Assembly (NCBI GenBank): GCA_043801935.1
Contig: JAZDLO010000058.1
Location: forward strand, 7,075 to 71,074
Length of the DNA: 64,000 bases
Direction of reading: 5' to 3'
Source of the DNA: a bacterium
GTDB lineage: Bacteria; Actinomycetota; Thermoleophilia; RBG-16-64-13
The notes under the pieces were generated by a model. It ran no database searches, was not told where the DNA came from, and saw only the letters and a list, made by a program, of their open reading frames with translations. Position numbers and translations under genes: made by a program. Of this stretch, positions 18,322 to 27,203 are shown one piece after another (within the stretch, counting starts at the first letter, position 1; each line of letters begins with the position of its first letter).

Positions 18322-18861
18322 TTACTCCTGAATGTAGTTGTAGCCTAAACTGAGAGCTTCCCTGTTGACTTTGATGAGCTTCGATTTGCCTTCACCGAGT
18401 ATCTCGTTGAGGTTCTCGAGCATCATGTCGTAGGAGATCATGTTGCTCGCCCTGACGAGGGCTCCGAGCATGACCATGTTGGCGACCCTGATGGTGCCCA
18501 GTCTTTCCGCCAGTTCGCTTGTGGGGATCGCCAGGATCTCTATGTCGCTCCTCGCCGATTCGGTATTTACGATGGACGAGTTGACACAGAGAAGGCCCCC
18601 GGCCTGGAGAATACTCTGGAACCTGGCGAAGGACGGCTGGTTCATGGCAACGACGAATTCCGGATCAGAGGCAACAGGAGAAGCGATCTCCTCGTCGGAG
18701 ACAACGACCGTGCAGTTAGCCGTGCCGCCCCGCACCTCGACGCCGTAGGCGGGAAAGTAGGTCACGTATTTCCCTTCGAGCATGGCCGCGCTGGCTAGTG
18801 TCGTGCCCATGGAGAGGACACCCTGCCCTCCGAACCCTGAGAATAAGGTCTTTACGAGCAT
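18322..18861 (-). CDS. 2-oxoacid:ferredoxin oxidoreductase, gamma subunit
   Basis: FSGFGGQGVLSMGTTLA motif; 179 aa; overlaps the beta subunit gene. Confidence 0.85.
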   Translation of the reverse strand: MLVKTLFSGFGGQGVLSMGTTLASAAMLEGKYVTYFPAYGVEVRGGTANCTVVVSDEEIASPVASDPEFVVAMNQPSFARFQSILQAGGLLCVNSSIVNTESARSDIEILAIPTSELAERLGTIRVANMVMLGALVRASNMISYDMMLENLNEILGEGKSKLIKVNREALSLGYNYIQE

Positions 18862-19595
18862 GGCACCTCCTTGATGACTCCCAACGGGAACTGCTTGCTC
18901 ATCACGTCATCGATCCATGCGCAGGATTCAAGAGGGCCCATCTTCCAGTTGGTCGGACAGGGGGAAAGTATCTCGACAAGGGAAAAGCCGCACCCGTCAA
19001 GCTGCCGCTGGAACGCCTTGGCGATGGCTCTCTTCGTCTTTGCCACCGCTGCGGGCTTGTTGACAGCGACGCGCTCAAGATAGGACGTGCCGTCGAGCAT
19101 GGAATACACTTCGCAGATCCTCACGGGATGCCCGGCGAGAACTGCGTTCCGTCCCGCCGGGGTTGTGGTAGTCACCTGATCGAGGAGCGACGTCGGCGCC
19201 ATCTGGCCGCCCGTCATACCGTATACGCCGTTGTTCACGAAGATCACGGTGATGTTTTCGCCCCTGTTGGCGGCGTGGAACCCCTCGGCCGTGCCGATGG
19301 CGGCAAGATCGCCGTCGCCCTGATAGGAGAAGACCAGGTTCTCAGGTCTTACCCGTTTGATGCCGGTAGCCACGGCGGCACCGCGGCCATGGGCCGACTC
19401 GAGGACGTCGATCTCGAAGTAATTGTAGAGAAGCATGCCGCACCCGGCAGGAGCGACGCAGATGGCGCTCTCCTGAAGGTCCATCTCTTCGATCACTTCC
19501 ATCAGCAGGCGGTTGATGATCCCGTGGCCGCATCCGGGACAGTAGTGAAAATGCGCTTCTTTCAGAAGCTTTGGCCTCATATAGACTGCCTTCAT
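18852..19595 (-). CDS. 2-oxoacid:ferredoxin oxidoreductase, beta (TPP-binding) subunit
   Basis: HYCPGCGHGI Cys motif and the TPP region GDGDLAAIG...NITVIFVNNGVYGMTGGQ. Confidence 0.9.
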   Translation of the reverse strand: MKAVYMRPKLLKEAHFHYCPGCGHGIINRLLMEVIEEMDLQESAICVAPAGCGMLLYNYFEIDVLESAHGRGAAVATGIKRVRPENLVFSYQGDGDLAAIGTAEGFHAANRGENITVIFVNNGVYGMTGGQMAPTSLLDQVTTTTPAGRNAVLAGHPVRICEVYSMLDGTSYLERVAVNKPAAVAKTKRAIAKAFQRQLDGCGFSLVEILSPCPTNWKMGPLESCAWIDDVMSKQFPLGVIKEVPCS

Positions 19596-20671
19596 CGTTT
19601 CTTCCTCTTGCCGCCGGAGTGCGCCTGGTAGTAGTGACGGGAAATGATCCTGTAGAGCTCGACCGGCATCGGGACAACGCCTCCGGGCCTTCCATAGAAA
19701 TGGACGTTGCCCTTTCCTTCCAGCGAAAGCCTCACGTCTTCCACCATCTGACCGGCACTCATCTCAAAGACGAAGAAATCGTTCACCGTCTTTGCCATCT
19801 CCCGAAGGGCCTCCCCGGGGAATGGCCAGAGCGTGATGGGCCGGATCATGCCGACCTTCAGGTTCTCCTCGCGGAGCCTCTTGATAGCGCCCTTGGCGAT
19901 CCGCGCACCGATGCCATAAGCAACGACGACCATGTCGGCGTCTTCCGTCAAGTACGTCTCATATCGGACTTCGTTCTGTTCCATGAGTTGGAACTTGCGG
20001 AAGAGCTTCCAGTTGTGTTCTTCATGGAGCTTGGGGTCGAAGATCAGGGAGTAGACATTCCGAGCCGGCCTGTCTTTTGCTCCCGTGAGAATGTAGTCCT
20101 TCTCGTAGTCCGGGGGACGTTTCAGGTTGTCGAAGTCGACAGGTTCCATCATCTGCCCCAGCATGCCGTCGCCGAGGATGATCACGGGATTGCGGTATCT
20201 ATCGGCGAGGTCGAAAGCCAGGGGCACGACCTCCGTCAGTTCCTGAACGGACCCGGGAGCAAGGACGATGACCCTGTAATCACCGTGGCCGCCCCCACGT
20301 GTCGCCTGAAAGTAGTCCGACTGCGCCGGCGAGATGTTCCCCATGCCGGGGCCACCCCTCACCATGTTGACGATGACGGCGGGAAGCTCGTCGGCCACGA
20401 GATAGGAGATGCCTTCTTGCTTGAGACTGATGCCAGGCCCGCTCGACGAGGTCATGGCCCGTGCTCCTGCCACAGACGCGCCCAGGACCATGTTAATGGC
20501 GCCGATCTCGCTTTCGGACTGGATGAAGACTCCGCCCGCCTCGACCATGCGCTTTGCCATGTATTCGGTGAGCTCGTTCTGAGGCGTTATGGGATACCCA
20601 AAGTAGCTGGTGCAACCGGAAAGGACCGCTGCTTCAGCCAGGGCCGCGTTCCCGCTCATCAGACGCTTCAT
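19592..20671 (-). CDS. 2-oxoacid:ferredoxin oxidoreductase, alpha subunit
   Basis: I place the start at ATG 20671 (MKRLMSGNAALAEAAVLSGC...YPITPQNE), which gives an ATGA overlap with the delta gene stop. The ORF-track start at 20734 would run into the delta subunit. Confidence 0.88.
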   Translation of the reverse strand: MKRLMSGNAALAEAAVLSGCTSYFGYPITPQNELTEYMAKRMVEAGGVFIQSESEIGAINMVLGASVAGARAMTSSSGPGISLKQEGISYLVADELPAVIVNMVRGGPGMGNISPAQSDYFQATRGGGHGDYRVIVLAPGSVQELTEVVPLAFDLADRYRNPVIILGDGMLGQMMEPVDFDNLKRPPDYEKDYILTGAKDRPARNVYSLIFDPKLHEEHNWKLFRKFQLMEQNEVRYETYLTEDADMVVVAYGIGARIAKGAIKRLREENLKVGMIRPITLWPFPGEALREMAKTVNDFFVFEMSAGQMVEDVRLSLEGKGNVHFYGRPGGVVPMPVELYRIISRHYYQAHSGGKRKKR

Positions 20672-20877
20672 CTTCTCTCCACCTCGATGGCGACTTCGGG
20701 GCACATGAGAGCGCAGGTGCCGCAACCGTTGCATTCCTTGCCCGAGTCAAAGGCGGCGACGAAGTACCCTTTGAGATTCAGCTCCTCGGAAAGGGAAATG
20801 CCTTCTTTCAGACAGAATTCAACACAAAAGGTGCAGCCTTTGCAGCGCTCCTTGTCTATACGGATATGACCCTCCAA
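20668..20877 (-). CDS. 2-oxoacid:ferredoxin oxidoreductase, delta (2x[4Fe-4S] ferredoxin) subunit
   Basis: 69 aa with CKGCTFCVEFC and CNGCGTCALMCP. TTG start lies 9 nt after GGAGG. Confidence 0.8.
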   Translation of the reverse strand: MEGHIRIDKERCKGCTFCVEFCLKEGISLSEELNLKGYFVAAFDSGKECNGCGTCALMCPEVAIEVERR

Positions 20878-21250
20878 TGATGATTACCTCCGCGCGCTTC
20901 CGTGCACGCCTCAAGCACGTTGACCACGTCACTGGTGATGCGGGCGTGAACAAAGGCATCGATCCGCGTCTGAGCAATAGCGGCCGCAGTCCTAGAGGCC
21001 GACCCCGCGCCCGCCACCCCACCGCCGATTCCGGAGCCCTTGGCGGCCTCCAAAGCCCCGGAGATTTGCAGACTGTACATGCACTAGGCTCATCTGTCCA
21101 CCGGGCCCCTTACTCTGTGGCCGCCCTTTGGCTCAACGGGTGCGAGCATATCCACTCATGCGGCGAAGGCGGCGCGACGCTAATGGAGGCGTCAGGTTCT
21201 CCTGGTAACATGGACTTGCGGAGATTCACGGGATAGCAGAGGGGAGTCCA

Positions 21251-22144
21251 ATGGCACTGAACTACCGAATGTTCCTGCACAGCCACCCCGGCTTTAACAG
21301 CACGTCCGTCCTCTTCTACGGAGAGCGGGACGCCGTGCTGATCGATGCCTGTCAGCTACTGAGCGATGCCCATAAGATGGCTGCCGAGCTCTTGCTCATG
21401 GGCAAGAACATCACTCATATCTATGTCTCTCATTTCCATCCGGATCATCATTTCGGTCTGGGCGTCCTGCAGCCTGCGTTTCCCCAGGCCCGGATAGTGG
21501 CACTACCCAGCGTGGTCAGCGATATCGTTTTCACTTCCAATGACAAGATGGACCTCTGGGGCGGTCCCTTCGGCGACAACATACCGAAGAAAGTGGTCTT
21601 CCCCATGCCCCTCCCCGACGCCCGCTTAGAGGTCGAGGGCTACGGGCTCGAGTTCTCCGACGATTGGGACGGCGACAGCGCAAACAACAGCGTGGTCTGG
21701 GTCCCGTCCCTAGGCCTGGCTTGCGCGACCGATGTCGCCTTCCTCGACGTGCACCTCTGGACATCTGAGAGCGACCCCGCCCGCCGCAACAAGTGGAGGG
21801 CTTCGATCAAGAAACTGCGGGAGTTCGATCCCCGGGTGGTCGTCCCCGGCCATGTCAGCGAGGAGAAGCTCCACCTTGAGGGCACGTCCTGCATCGACTT
21901 CTCGCTCCAGTACCTCGACAGGTACGAAGAGGTCCTTGCCGGAGCCAAGAGCGGGCTGGACCTATGGGAGAGAATGGAACGCTACTATCCGGGGATGAAG
22001 GCTGAGGACTTCGGGCTGCAGTGGCAGTGCCGGCTCTTGTTCCCCAAGAGCTGTCCGGACTGGTTCGCCCAGCTTCCGGGTGAGCCCGGGAAGATCTTCA
22101 TCGATCCCCATGGCAAGTACATCGGGGAGCCTCCGCGAGAGTGA
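21251..22144 (+). CDS. MBL-fold metallo-hydrolase
   Basis: HFHPDHHFG (HxHxDH) motif; GAGGGGAG SD; 297 aa. Confidence 0.8.
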   Translation: MALNYRMFLHSHPGFNSTSVLFYGERDAVLIDACQLLSDAHKMAAELLLMGKNITHIYVSHFHPDHHFGLGVLQPAFPQARIVALPSVVSDIVFTSNDKMDLWGGPFGDNIPKKVVFPMPLPDARLEVEGYGLEFSDDWDGDSANNSVVWVPSLGLACATDVAFLDVHLWTSESDPARRNKWRASIKKLREFDPRVVVPGHVSEEKLHLEGTSCIDFSLQYLDRYEEVLAGAKSGLDLWERMERYYPGMKAEDFGLQWQCRLLFPKSCPDWFAQLPGEPGKIFIDPHGKYIGEPPRE

Positions 22145-22163
22145 ACGATGCCCGAATCCTCGT

Positions 22164-22490
22164 ATGAAATGCGGCCGCCGACAGGCTAGACTGATCATCG
22201 ATCAATCCATCGATGGCAGGACGCCCAGGGACCCCCAGGTGGTCGTGATGGGACTGCCGGAGTACGAACGTGTGCTGACGAAGAGCACGGGCGGAGGGTG
22301 GCGTGAGTCGGTGCCGGCCGCGCGCGAGCGCGTGCAGGGCGAATTACGGGGCAAGACGATCCCCTTTCCAGAGGAAGTGCTCCGACAGGTAAGGGACGAG
22401 CGCGATGGGCAGAACGGCGGTCCGGCTGCTCAGATGACCGCGAACGAAGTGCCGCACGGCGAGGGTAGATCCCCAGGGAGGGTCTGCTAG
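22164..22490 (+). CDS. Possible orphan Phd/YefM-like antitoxin (weak call)
   Basis: ARLIIDQSIDG...PQVVVMGLPEYERVL resembles the Phd/YefM core. IPFPEEVLRQVRDERD resembles C-terminal tails seen in antitoxins paired with PIN toxins. There is no toxin ORF downstream, because a convergent ADH gene overlaps the end by 4 nt. Confidence 0.3.
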   Translation: MKCGRRQARLIIDQSIDGRTPRDPQVVVMGLPEYERVLTKSTGGGWRESVPAARERVQGELRGKTIPFPEEVLRQVRDERDGQNGGPAAQMTANEVPHGEGRSPGRVC

Positions 22491-23662
22491 AGCGCCTTCA
22501 GGAAGATCTCCGCAGCCTCCTTGGGCCCTACCTCGCGAGGGTTCATGAAAGCCATAGGAACGGCCTGGAAAGTCATCAGCTCGTCAACGAAGCCGGGGAT
22601 GTCGGCCTCGGTTATCCCGACTTCGCTCAGGCGTTGGGGCACGCCCAGGTCGGAGAGCAACCGGCGTACCGCGGCCACCGACTTCAGGGCGGCGTCCATG
22701 GTGGAAAGGCCGCGGGTGTTCTCTCCCATAAGTCGGGCCACCTCTGCGAACTTGTCCGGGCCGGAGATCAGGTTGTACTCCATGACGTAGGGGAGCAGAA
22801 GACCGACCTTGGCCCCATGAGAGAGGTGGACCTTTTTGTGGTGCAGGGCGTGATTCATGAAGTGGGCGATCCCCACACCGCCCACCGATCCGGCCAGCAT
22901 GGCCACGGCGGCGGCTATCGACAGTCGGTAGCGGTCTTCCAGGCGCACGGATCCCTTGGCATAGGCGGGCCTGAGACTGGTCGTGACCAGCTTGATGGCT
23001 GTGGAGGCATACATGTCGGTGACCAGGTTGGCCCGGGAGCTGGTGTAGGCCTCGATGGCATGGGTGAGGGCGTCTATGCCGCCGTCGGCCGTGATCCTGG
23101 CCGGCAGGTCGCGGGTGAGCTCCGGATCGATGATCACTGCGTCTGGGAGGTTCCCACCGGTGATGTACGCGTAGTTGCGGTCATCGCTGGTGTCGGTGGT
23201 GAACACCGCGACCGTGCTCCACTCCGAGCCGGTGCCCGCGGTGGTGGGGATGAGGATCCTGCTGAGACTCTTCGCGGGCGATCCCCCGTCGATGAGGTCC
23301 TGGATGCCTATGTCGGGATTGGCGGCCAGCAGGCCGGCAGTCTTGGTCGCGTCCATGACGCTGCCCCCACCGACCCCGATGAGCAGGTCGTAGCCGCCCT
23401 CGCTCGCCATCCGGCTCAGCGCCTCTACGGTGCTGACCGGTGCTTCCGGCCCGCACTGGTCGAACACCTCCGCCTTCAGGCCGCCCGAGCCAAGGGCCGC
23501 CCGCACGGAAGCGATTATGCCCGCCTCCACCAACCCCTGATCGGTGACGATGAGGAGTTTCCTCGCGCCGAGGCTCCGCACCAGATCCCCGATGCCGTTC
23601 AGAGCGCCTACGCCGATCAGGGTCCGCGGGACCCTGATCTCGATCACCTCGGTAAGATCCAT
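22487..23662 (-). CDS. Iron-containing (group III) alcohol dehydrogenase, copy 1
   Basis: GVGGGSVMDATK, TTAGTGSEW, and His-rich metal site motifs (DALTHAIEAY, HFMNHALHH). AAGAGGAGG SD. Last gene of the acd-A3-B3 operon. Confidence 0.9.
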   Translation of the reverse strand: MDLTEVIEIRVPRTLIGVGALNGIGDLVRSLGARKLLIVTDQGLVEAGIIASVRAALGSGGLKAEVFDQCGPEAPVSTVEALSRMASEGGYDLLIGVGGGSVMDATKTAGLLAANPDIGIQDLIDGGSPAKSLSRILIPTTAGTGSEWSTVAVFTTDTSDDRNYAYITGGNLPDAVIIDPELTRDLPARITADGGIDALTHAIEAYTSSRANLVTDMYASTAIKLVTTSLRPAYAKGSVRLEDRYRLSIAAAVAMLAGSVGGVGIAHFMNHALHHKKVHLSHGAKVGLLLPYVMEYNLISGPDKFAEVARLMGENTRGLSTMDAALKSVAAVRRLLSDLGVPQRLSEVGITEADIPGFVDELMTFQAVPMAFMNPREVGPKEAAEIFLKAL

Positions 23663-23738
23663 CTCGACGACCTCCTCTTAGTGTGAGTCCTGCGGTATGC
23701 GCCCAAGGATGCCGGAGCAAGACCGGCGTATTGCCGGC

Positions 23739-24575
23739 CTAGGCGGTTCTGGAGAGGACGATGTCTCCCAGATAACGGTCGACATTGGTTCTGACAACCA
23801 GCCTCTCGCTCTCGTAGCCCGTAGCCGAGACTGTCACTGCATAGGTCATACCCGCCGGCAGATCCTCGAACTCGAAGTCCCCGAAGTTGTCGGTCAGCAC
23901 CGTCTTCTTTGCTCCCTCCCCCTCAAGGGAGACGCTGACCCCCTCCGCACATTCATCGGTATCGCCGAATACCACGGCACCGGCCACGAATCTCTTCGGA
24001 AGGCCGATATAGCGCACCTTTTCCTCTAGCCCATACTCGGGCTGCAACGCCTCAGTCCGCCCCGAAGCCACCACCCTGGAGATTTCACTTCCGGGATCCT
24101 CCAGGTCGCCGAACACCAGGGCACCGGTGGGACAGGCCTCCACACATCTGGGCTCTTTCCAGCCGTTGTCGAGGAGATGGGCACACAGAGTGCATTTCTG
24201 CGGGACTTGTCGTTCCTCGTTCCAGTAGATCACTCGGTAGGGGCAACTGGAGACCAGGTCCTTCTGCCCGATCGCTTTCCCGGGATCGATGATGACGATG
24301 CCGTCGTCTCTTCGATAAACAGCATCCCCCCGGGACGTCTCCACGCAGGTGGGGCTATCGCAGTGCATACAGGGAACGGCCGTATAGGCAACCTTGACCT
24401 TGGGGTAGGCGCCCCGTTCCTTTTCCCGGATCCGCATCCAGAACTGACCGGTCATCGGCTGGGACACGGAATAGGGCGGACGGTCGTTCCCGCAGTACTC
24501 GTCCTTGCAGGCCAAGAAGCAGTTATAGCATCCGTTACATTTGCTGACGTCCACTACCATCCCATAGCGAGCCAT
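23739..24575 (-). CDS. BthL-like 3x[4Fe-4S] small subunit (copy B3)
   Basis: CNGCYNCFLACKDEYC, CMHCDSPTCV, CTLCAHLLDNGWKEPRCVEACP. The C-terminal barrel carries NFGDFEFEDLPAGMTYAVTV. Confidence 0.9.
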   Translation of the reverse strand: MARYGMVVDVSKCNGCYNCFLACKDEYCGNDRPPYSVSQPMTGQFWMRIREKERGAYPKVKVAYTAVPCMHCDSPTCVETSRGDAVYRRDDGIVIIDPGKAIGQKDLVSSCPYRVIYWNEERQVPQKCTLCAHLLDNGWKEPRCVEACPTGALVFGDLEDPGSEISRVVASGRTEALQPEYGLEEKVRYIGLPKRFVAGAVVFGDTDECAEGVSVSLEGEGAKKTVLTDNFGDFEFEDLPAGMTYAVTVSATGYESERLVVRTNVDRYLGDIVLSRTA

Positions 24576-24616
24576 AGAGATCAGACCTCCCGATCTGCTA
24601 TCCGGTGATCAGCCGG

Positions 24617-27124
24617 CTACTCTGCTTCCCATTTCGCCATTTCTATCAGGCAGGAGTTGGGCGCCATGCCTGCGACATTCTTCGACACCATGCGCGAAGG
24701 AGTCAGTAGGTTTATGCAGCCGCCCCTGTCCGTACTGCCGGCCTTACCGGGCTCCAACGGATCGTATTTGGACGATCCCTCGCAGGAATGGACCACGCCG
24801 GGTCTCACTCGTTCGGTGACCTGGGCTATGCCCAAGACGGAGGCGCGATCGTTGTAGAGCTTGACGATATCCCCGTGCTTGATGCCTCTGGCTTCCGCGT
24901 CCACGGGGTGGAGGCGGACTACCTGCCAGGCGTACCCGTTCTTGATCACCCGGTGACCGGGGATCTCCGACAGCCATGGCACGTGAGTGTCGTGCTGCGT
25001 GTGGAAGGAGAACCGGGGATGAGGCGAGATCAGCTGGAGCGGATACTTGTCCGCCAGTTCCGAGGTGTGCCCTTCCCAGCTGGGGATGTAGTGCGGCAGC
25101 GGGGGCCGCTCCTCATCGTCCGGGAGATGAGCCAGCAGGCTTTGGGAAACGAACTCTATCTTGCCGCTGTAGGTCGCCAGCTCCGTGCTCTTCTCCGTGT
25201 CTCTCTTGGGATTGCTCGTGTCGGGAGTGTCGCACGGCCGTCCTTCGTAGAACCAGCGCAAAGCGGGGGTCGATTTGTAGTCTTCGACCTGTGGGACCAC
25301 GTAGTAACCCTTCTCTTTGAACTCCTCGAAGGAAACGTACTTCGGCAGGTCGGAAGCGTAGAACATCTTCTCGACCCAGCCCTCGAAGGTGTTGCCTTCG
25401 GTGAACTCCTCCTCCACTCCCAGCCTCCTGGCCAGCTCGCAGAAGATGTCGTAGTCAGGCTTCGATTCACCCACCGGCTCCACGCATTTCTGCTGATAGA
25501 CGATGACCCGGTGATTGCAACTGCCGGAAGCGTGCAGAGAGTAGCCCCCGGAACTCGCCCATTCCCCGATGTCATAGCGCTCGAGATTGGTGCAGGCCGG
25601 GAGGATGATGTCGGCAAGTTTGGTCTCGGTGCACCACCAGCAGTCCTGGTTGACCACGAACTCGAGCTTGGGGCTTTGGTACATCCTCACCCAACGGTTG
25701 GTGTCGGTCATGGTGGCCAGGAAGGCGCCGCCGTACCGGTAGAACATCTTGATCTCGGAGCAGCCGGGCAGAGGGTAGGTGTACGGTACGAACTGCTGTT
25801 CCAGAGAGTTGCCGCAGAAGCCTTCGCCGATCCAGCTGATGGGTGGGCTCAAGATGGCTTCCGGGAGAGTCAATCGATAGAGCCGCTGCTTCACGGGGTT
25901 CACGGCCGGTTTCTCGGCGATCAGGTTGAACCCTCCGGATGCGTACCCCGGGAACTCCAGGGTGGCATTGTACGGGGGGCCGTTGGCGGTGCCCCAGATA
26001 CTCACGCCGGGCTTCCCCAATCCCTGCATGGCTTGAAGCAAGACCAGCATCCTCGCGGTCTCGGTGGCATATGCTTGCCTGCAGTGGCCGCCCTCTCCCC
26101 CCTTGACTCCACCGGCCAAGGCGGTTCGTTTCGCGGCCCACTCTCGGGCCAAAGCGACTATGGTGCGCGAGGGGACGCCGGTTATCTCCGCCGCCCACCC
26201 GGGCGTCTTGGGAGCGCTGTCGTCCTCGCCGAGGACGTACTTCCGGAATTCCTCGAAGCCGACCGTGCGACCGGCTACATAGTCCTTGTCGTACGTGCCT
26301 TCGGTCAGCCAGACATAGGCGATAGCCAGGGCCGGGGCGGCGCTTGTACCGGGTCTATTGGCTATCCATTTGTCCCCTACGGCCGCGCCGGTATAGTTGT
26401 AGAAGGGGTCGATAATGATCTGCCTCTTACCCTGCTGTTTGAGCCAGAGGCGCCAGAGAGCAGACTCGTTCCCCCCGTAGATCCCATGGGTGGAATCGGG
26501 GTCGTTACCCCAGTGGATCACGAGCTCGGTGTGCCTGAGGGCATCCTCGAGCATGTCGTAGTGCTCAGGATTGCCGAGTCTCCAGTAGAAGCCCCAGGAA
26601 TGGGTCGCCCCCCAGTGCCAGCCTTCCCAACTATCGGGGTTGTCGAAGATGTCCGAGAATCCGATGACGTTGAAGAACCGCGCCCACGCTGCAGAGCGAT
26701 AGCCCAGGTTCCCCCAGTTATGGTGAGAAGAGGCCCTGGACATGATGGCTTCCGGCCCGTGTTCGGCGCGGATACGCTTCATCTCGCCGGAGACGATCTC
26801 AAGCGCTTCGTCCCAGCTGATCCTCACGTATGGGGACTTGCCTCTGTTTTGGGGGTTCCTCTCCCCCTCAGGGTCGAAATCGACCCGCTTCATGGGAAAG
26901 AGGATCCTCTCGTCGGAGTAGACCCTGGCCCTCTCGGTCAAGGCGAAGGCGGCTACACACGCTTTTCTGAGAGGGGTGTACTCCTCGCCGTCCACCTCGA
27001 GCTTCCAGGAGGCGGCGTCCGAGTCGTCGAAGACCAGGGGACGTACACGGGTGATCTTCCCGTCCTCCACGTGCACCCGGATCGGGCCACCGTTCGTACA
27101 GTTCACAAAGATCTGCTCTGGCAT
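24617..27124 (-). CDS. Molybdopterin oxidoreductase large subunit, AthL-like, clade B (copy A3)
   Basis: 835 aa. Motifs: NCTNGGPIRVHVEDGKITRVRPL, FDPEGERNPQNRG, ASSHHNWGNLGYR, NPDSWEGWHWG, EFPGYASGG, ILPACTNLERYDI. Confidence 0.9.
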   Translation of the reverse strand: MPEQIFVNCTNGGPIRVHVEDGKITRVRPLVFDDSDAASWKLEVDGEEYTPLRKACVAAFALTERARVYSDERILFPMKRVDFDPEGERNPQNRGKSPYVRISWDEALEIVSGEMKRIRAEHGPEAIMSRASSHHNWGNLGYRSAAWARFFNVIGFSDIFDNPDSWEGWHWGATHSWGFYWRLGNPEHYDMLEDALRHTELVIHWGNDPDSTHGIYGGNESALWRLWLKQQGKRQIIIDPFYNYTGAAVGDKWIANRPGTSAAPALAIAYVWLTEGTYDKDYVAGRTVGFEEFRKYVLGEDDSAPKTPGWAAEITGVPSRTIVALAREWAAKRTALAGGVKGGEGGHCRQAYATETARMLVLLQAMQGLGKPGVSIWGTANGPPYNATLEFPGYASGGFNLIAEKPAVNPVKQRLYRLTLPEAILSPPISWIGEGFCGNSLEQQFVPYTYPLPGCSEIKMFYRYGGAFLATMTDTNRWVRMYQSPKLEFVVNQDCWWCTETKLADIILPACTNLERYDIGEWASSGGYSLHASGSCNHRVIVYQQKCVEPVGESKPDYDIFCELARRLGVEEEFTEGNTFEGWVEKMFYASDLPKYVSFEEFKEKGYYVVPQVEDYKSTPALRWFYEGRPCDTPDTSNPKRDTEKSTELATYSGKIEFVSQSLLAHLPDDEERPPLPHYIPSWEGHTSELADKYPLQLISPHPRFSFHTQHDTHVPWLSEIPGHRVIKNGYAWQVVRLHPVDAEARGIKHGDIVKLYNDRASVLGIAQVTERVRPGVVHSCEGSSKYDPLEPGKAGSTDRGGCINLLTPSRMVSKNVAGMAPNSCLIEMAKWEAE

Positions 27125-27203
27125 CCAATCATCCCTTCGCCAAATGGGTAGTGGGAGGCATCCGTCAGAGGGAATACCACAGGCCGCCTGTCGGCGCTAG
27201 GCT

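Noticed and set aside
20856-21080. A 74-aa minus-strand ORF (MYSLQISGALEAAKGSGIGGGVAGAGSASRTAAAIAQTR...) in the 373-nt gap upstream of the oxidoreductase delta gene, with a faint SpoVS-like flavour.
   Set aside because: It has no convincing Shine-Dalgarno. The similarity to SpoVS is limited to an Ala/Gly-rich stretch and the length does not fit. It is not supportable without a database hit.
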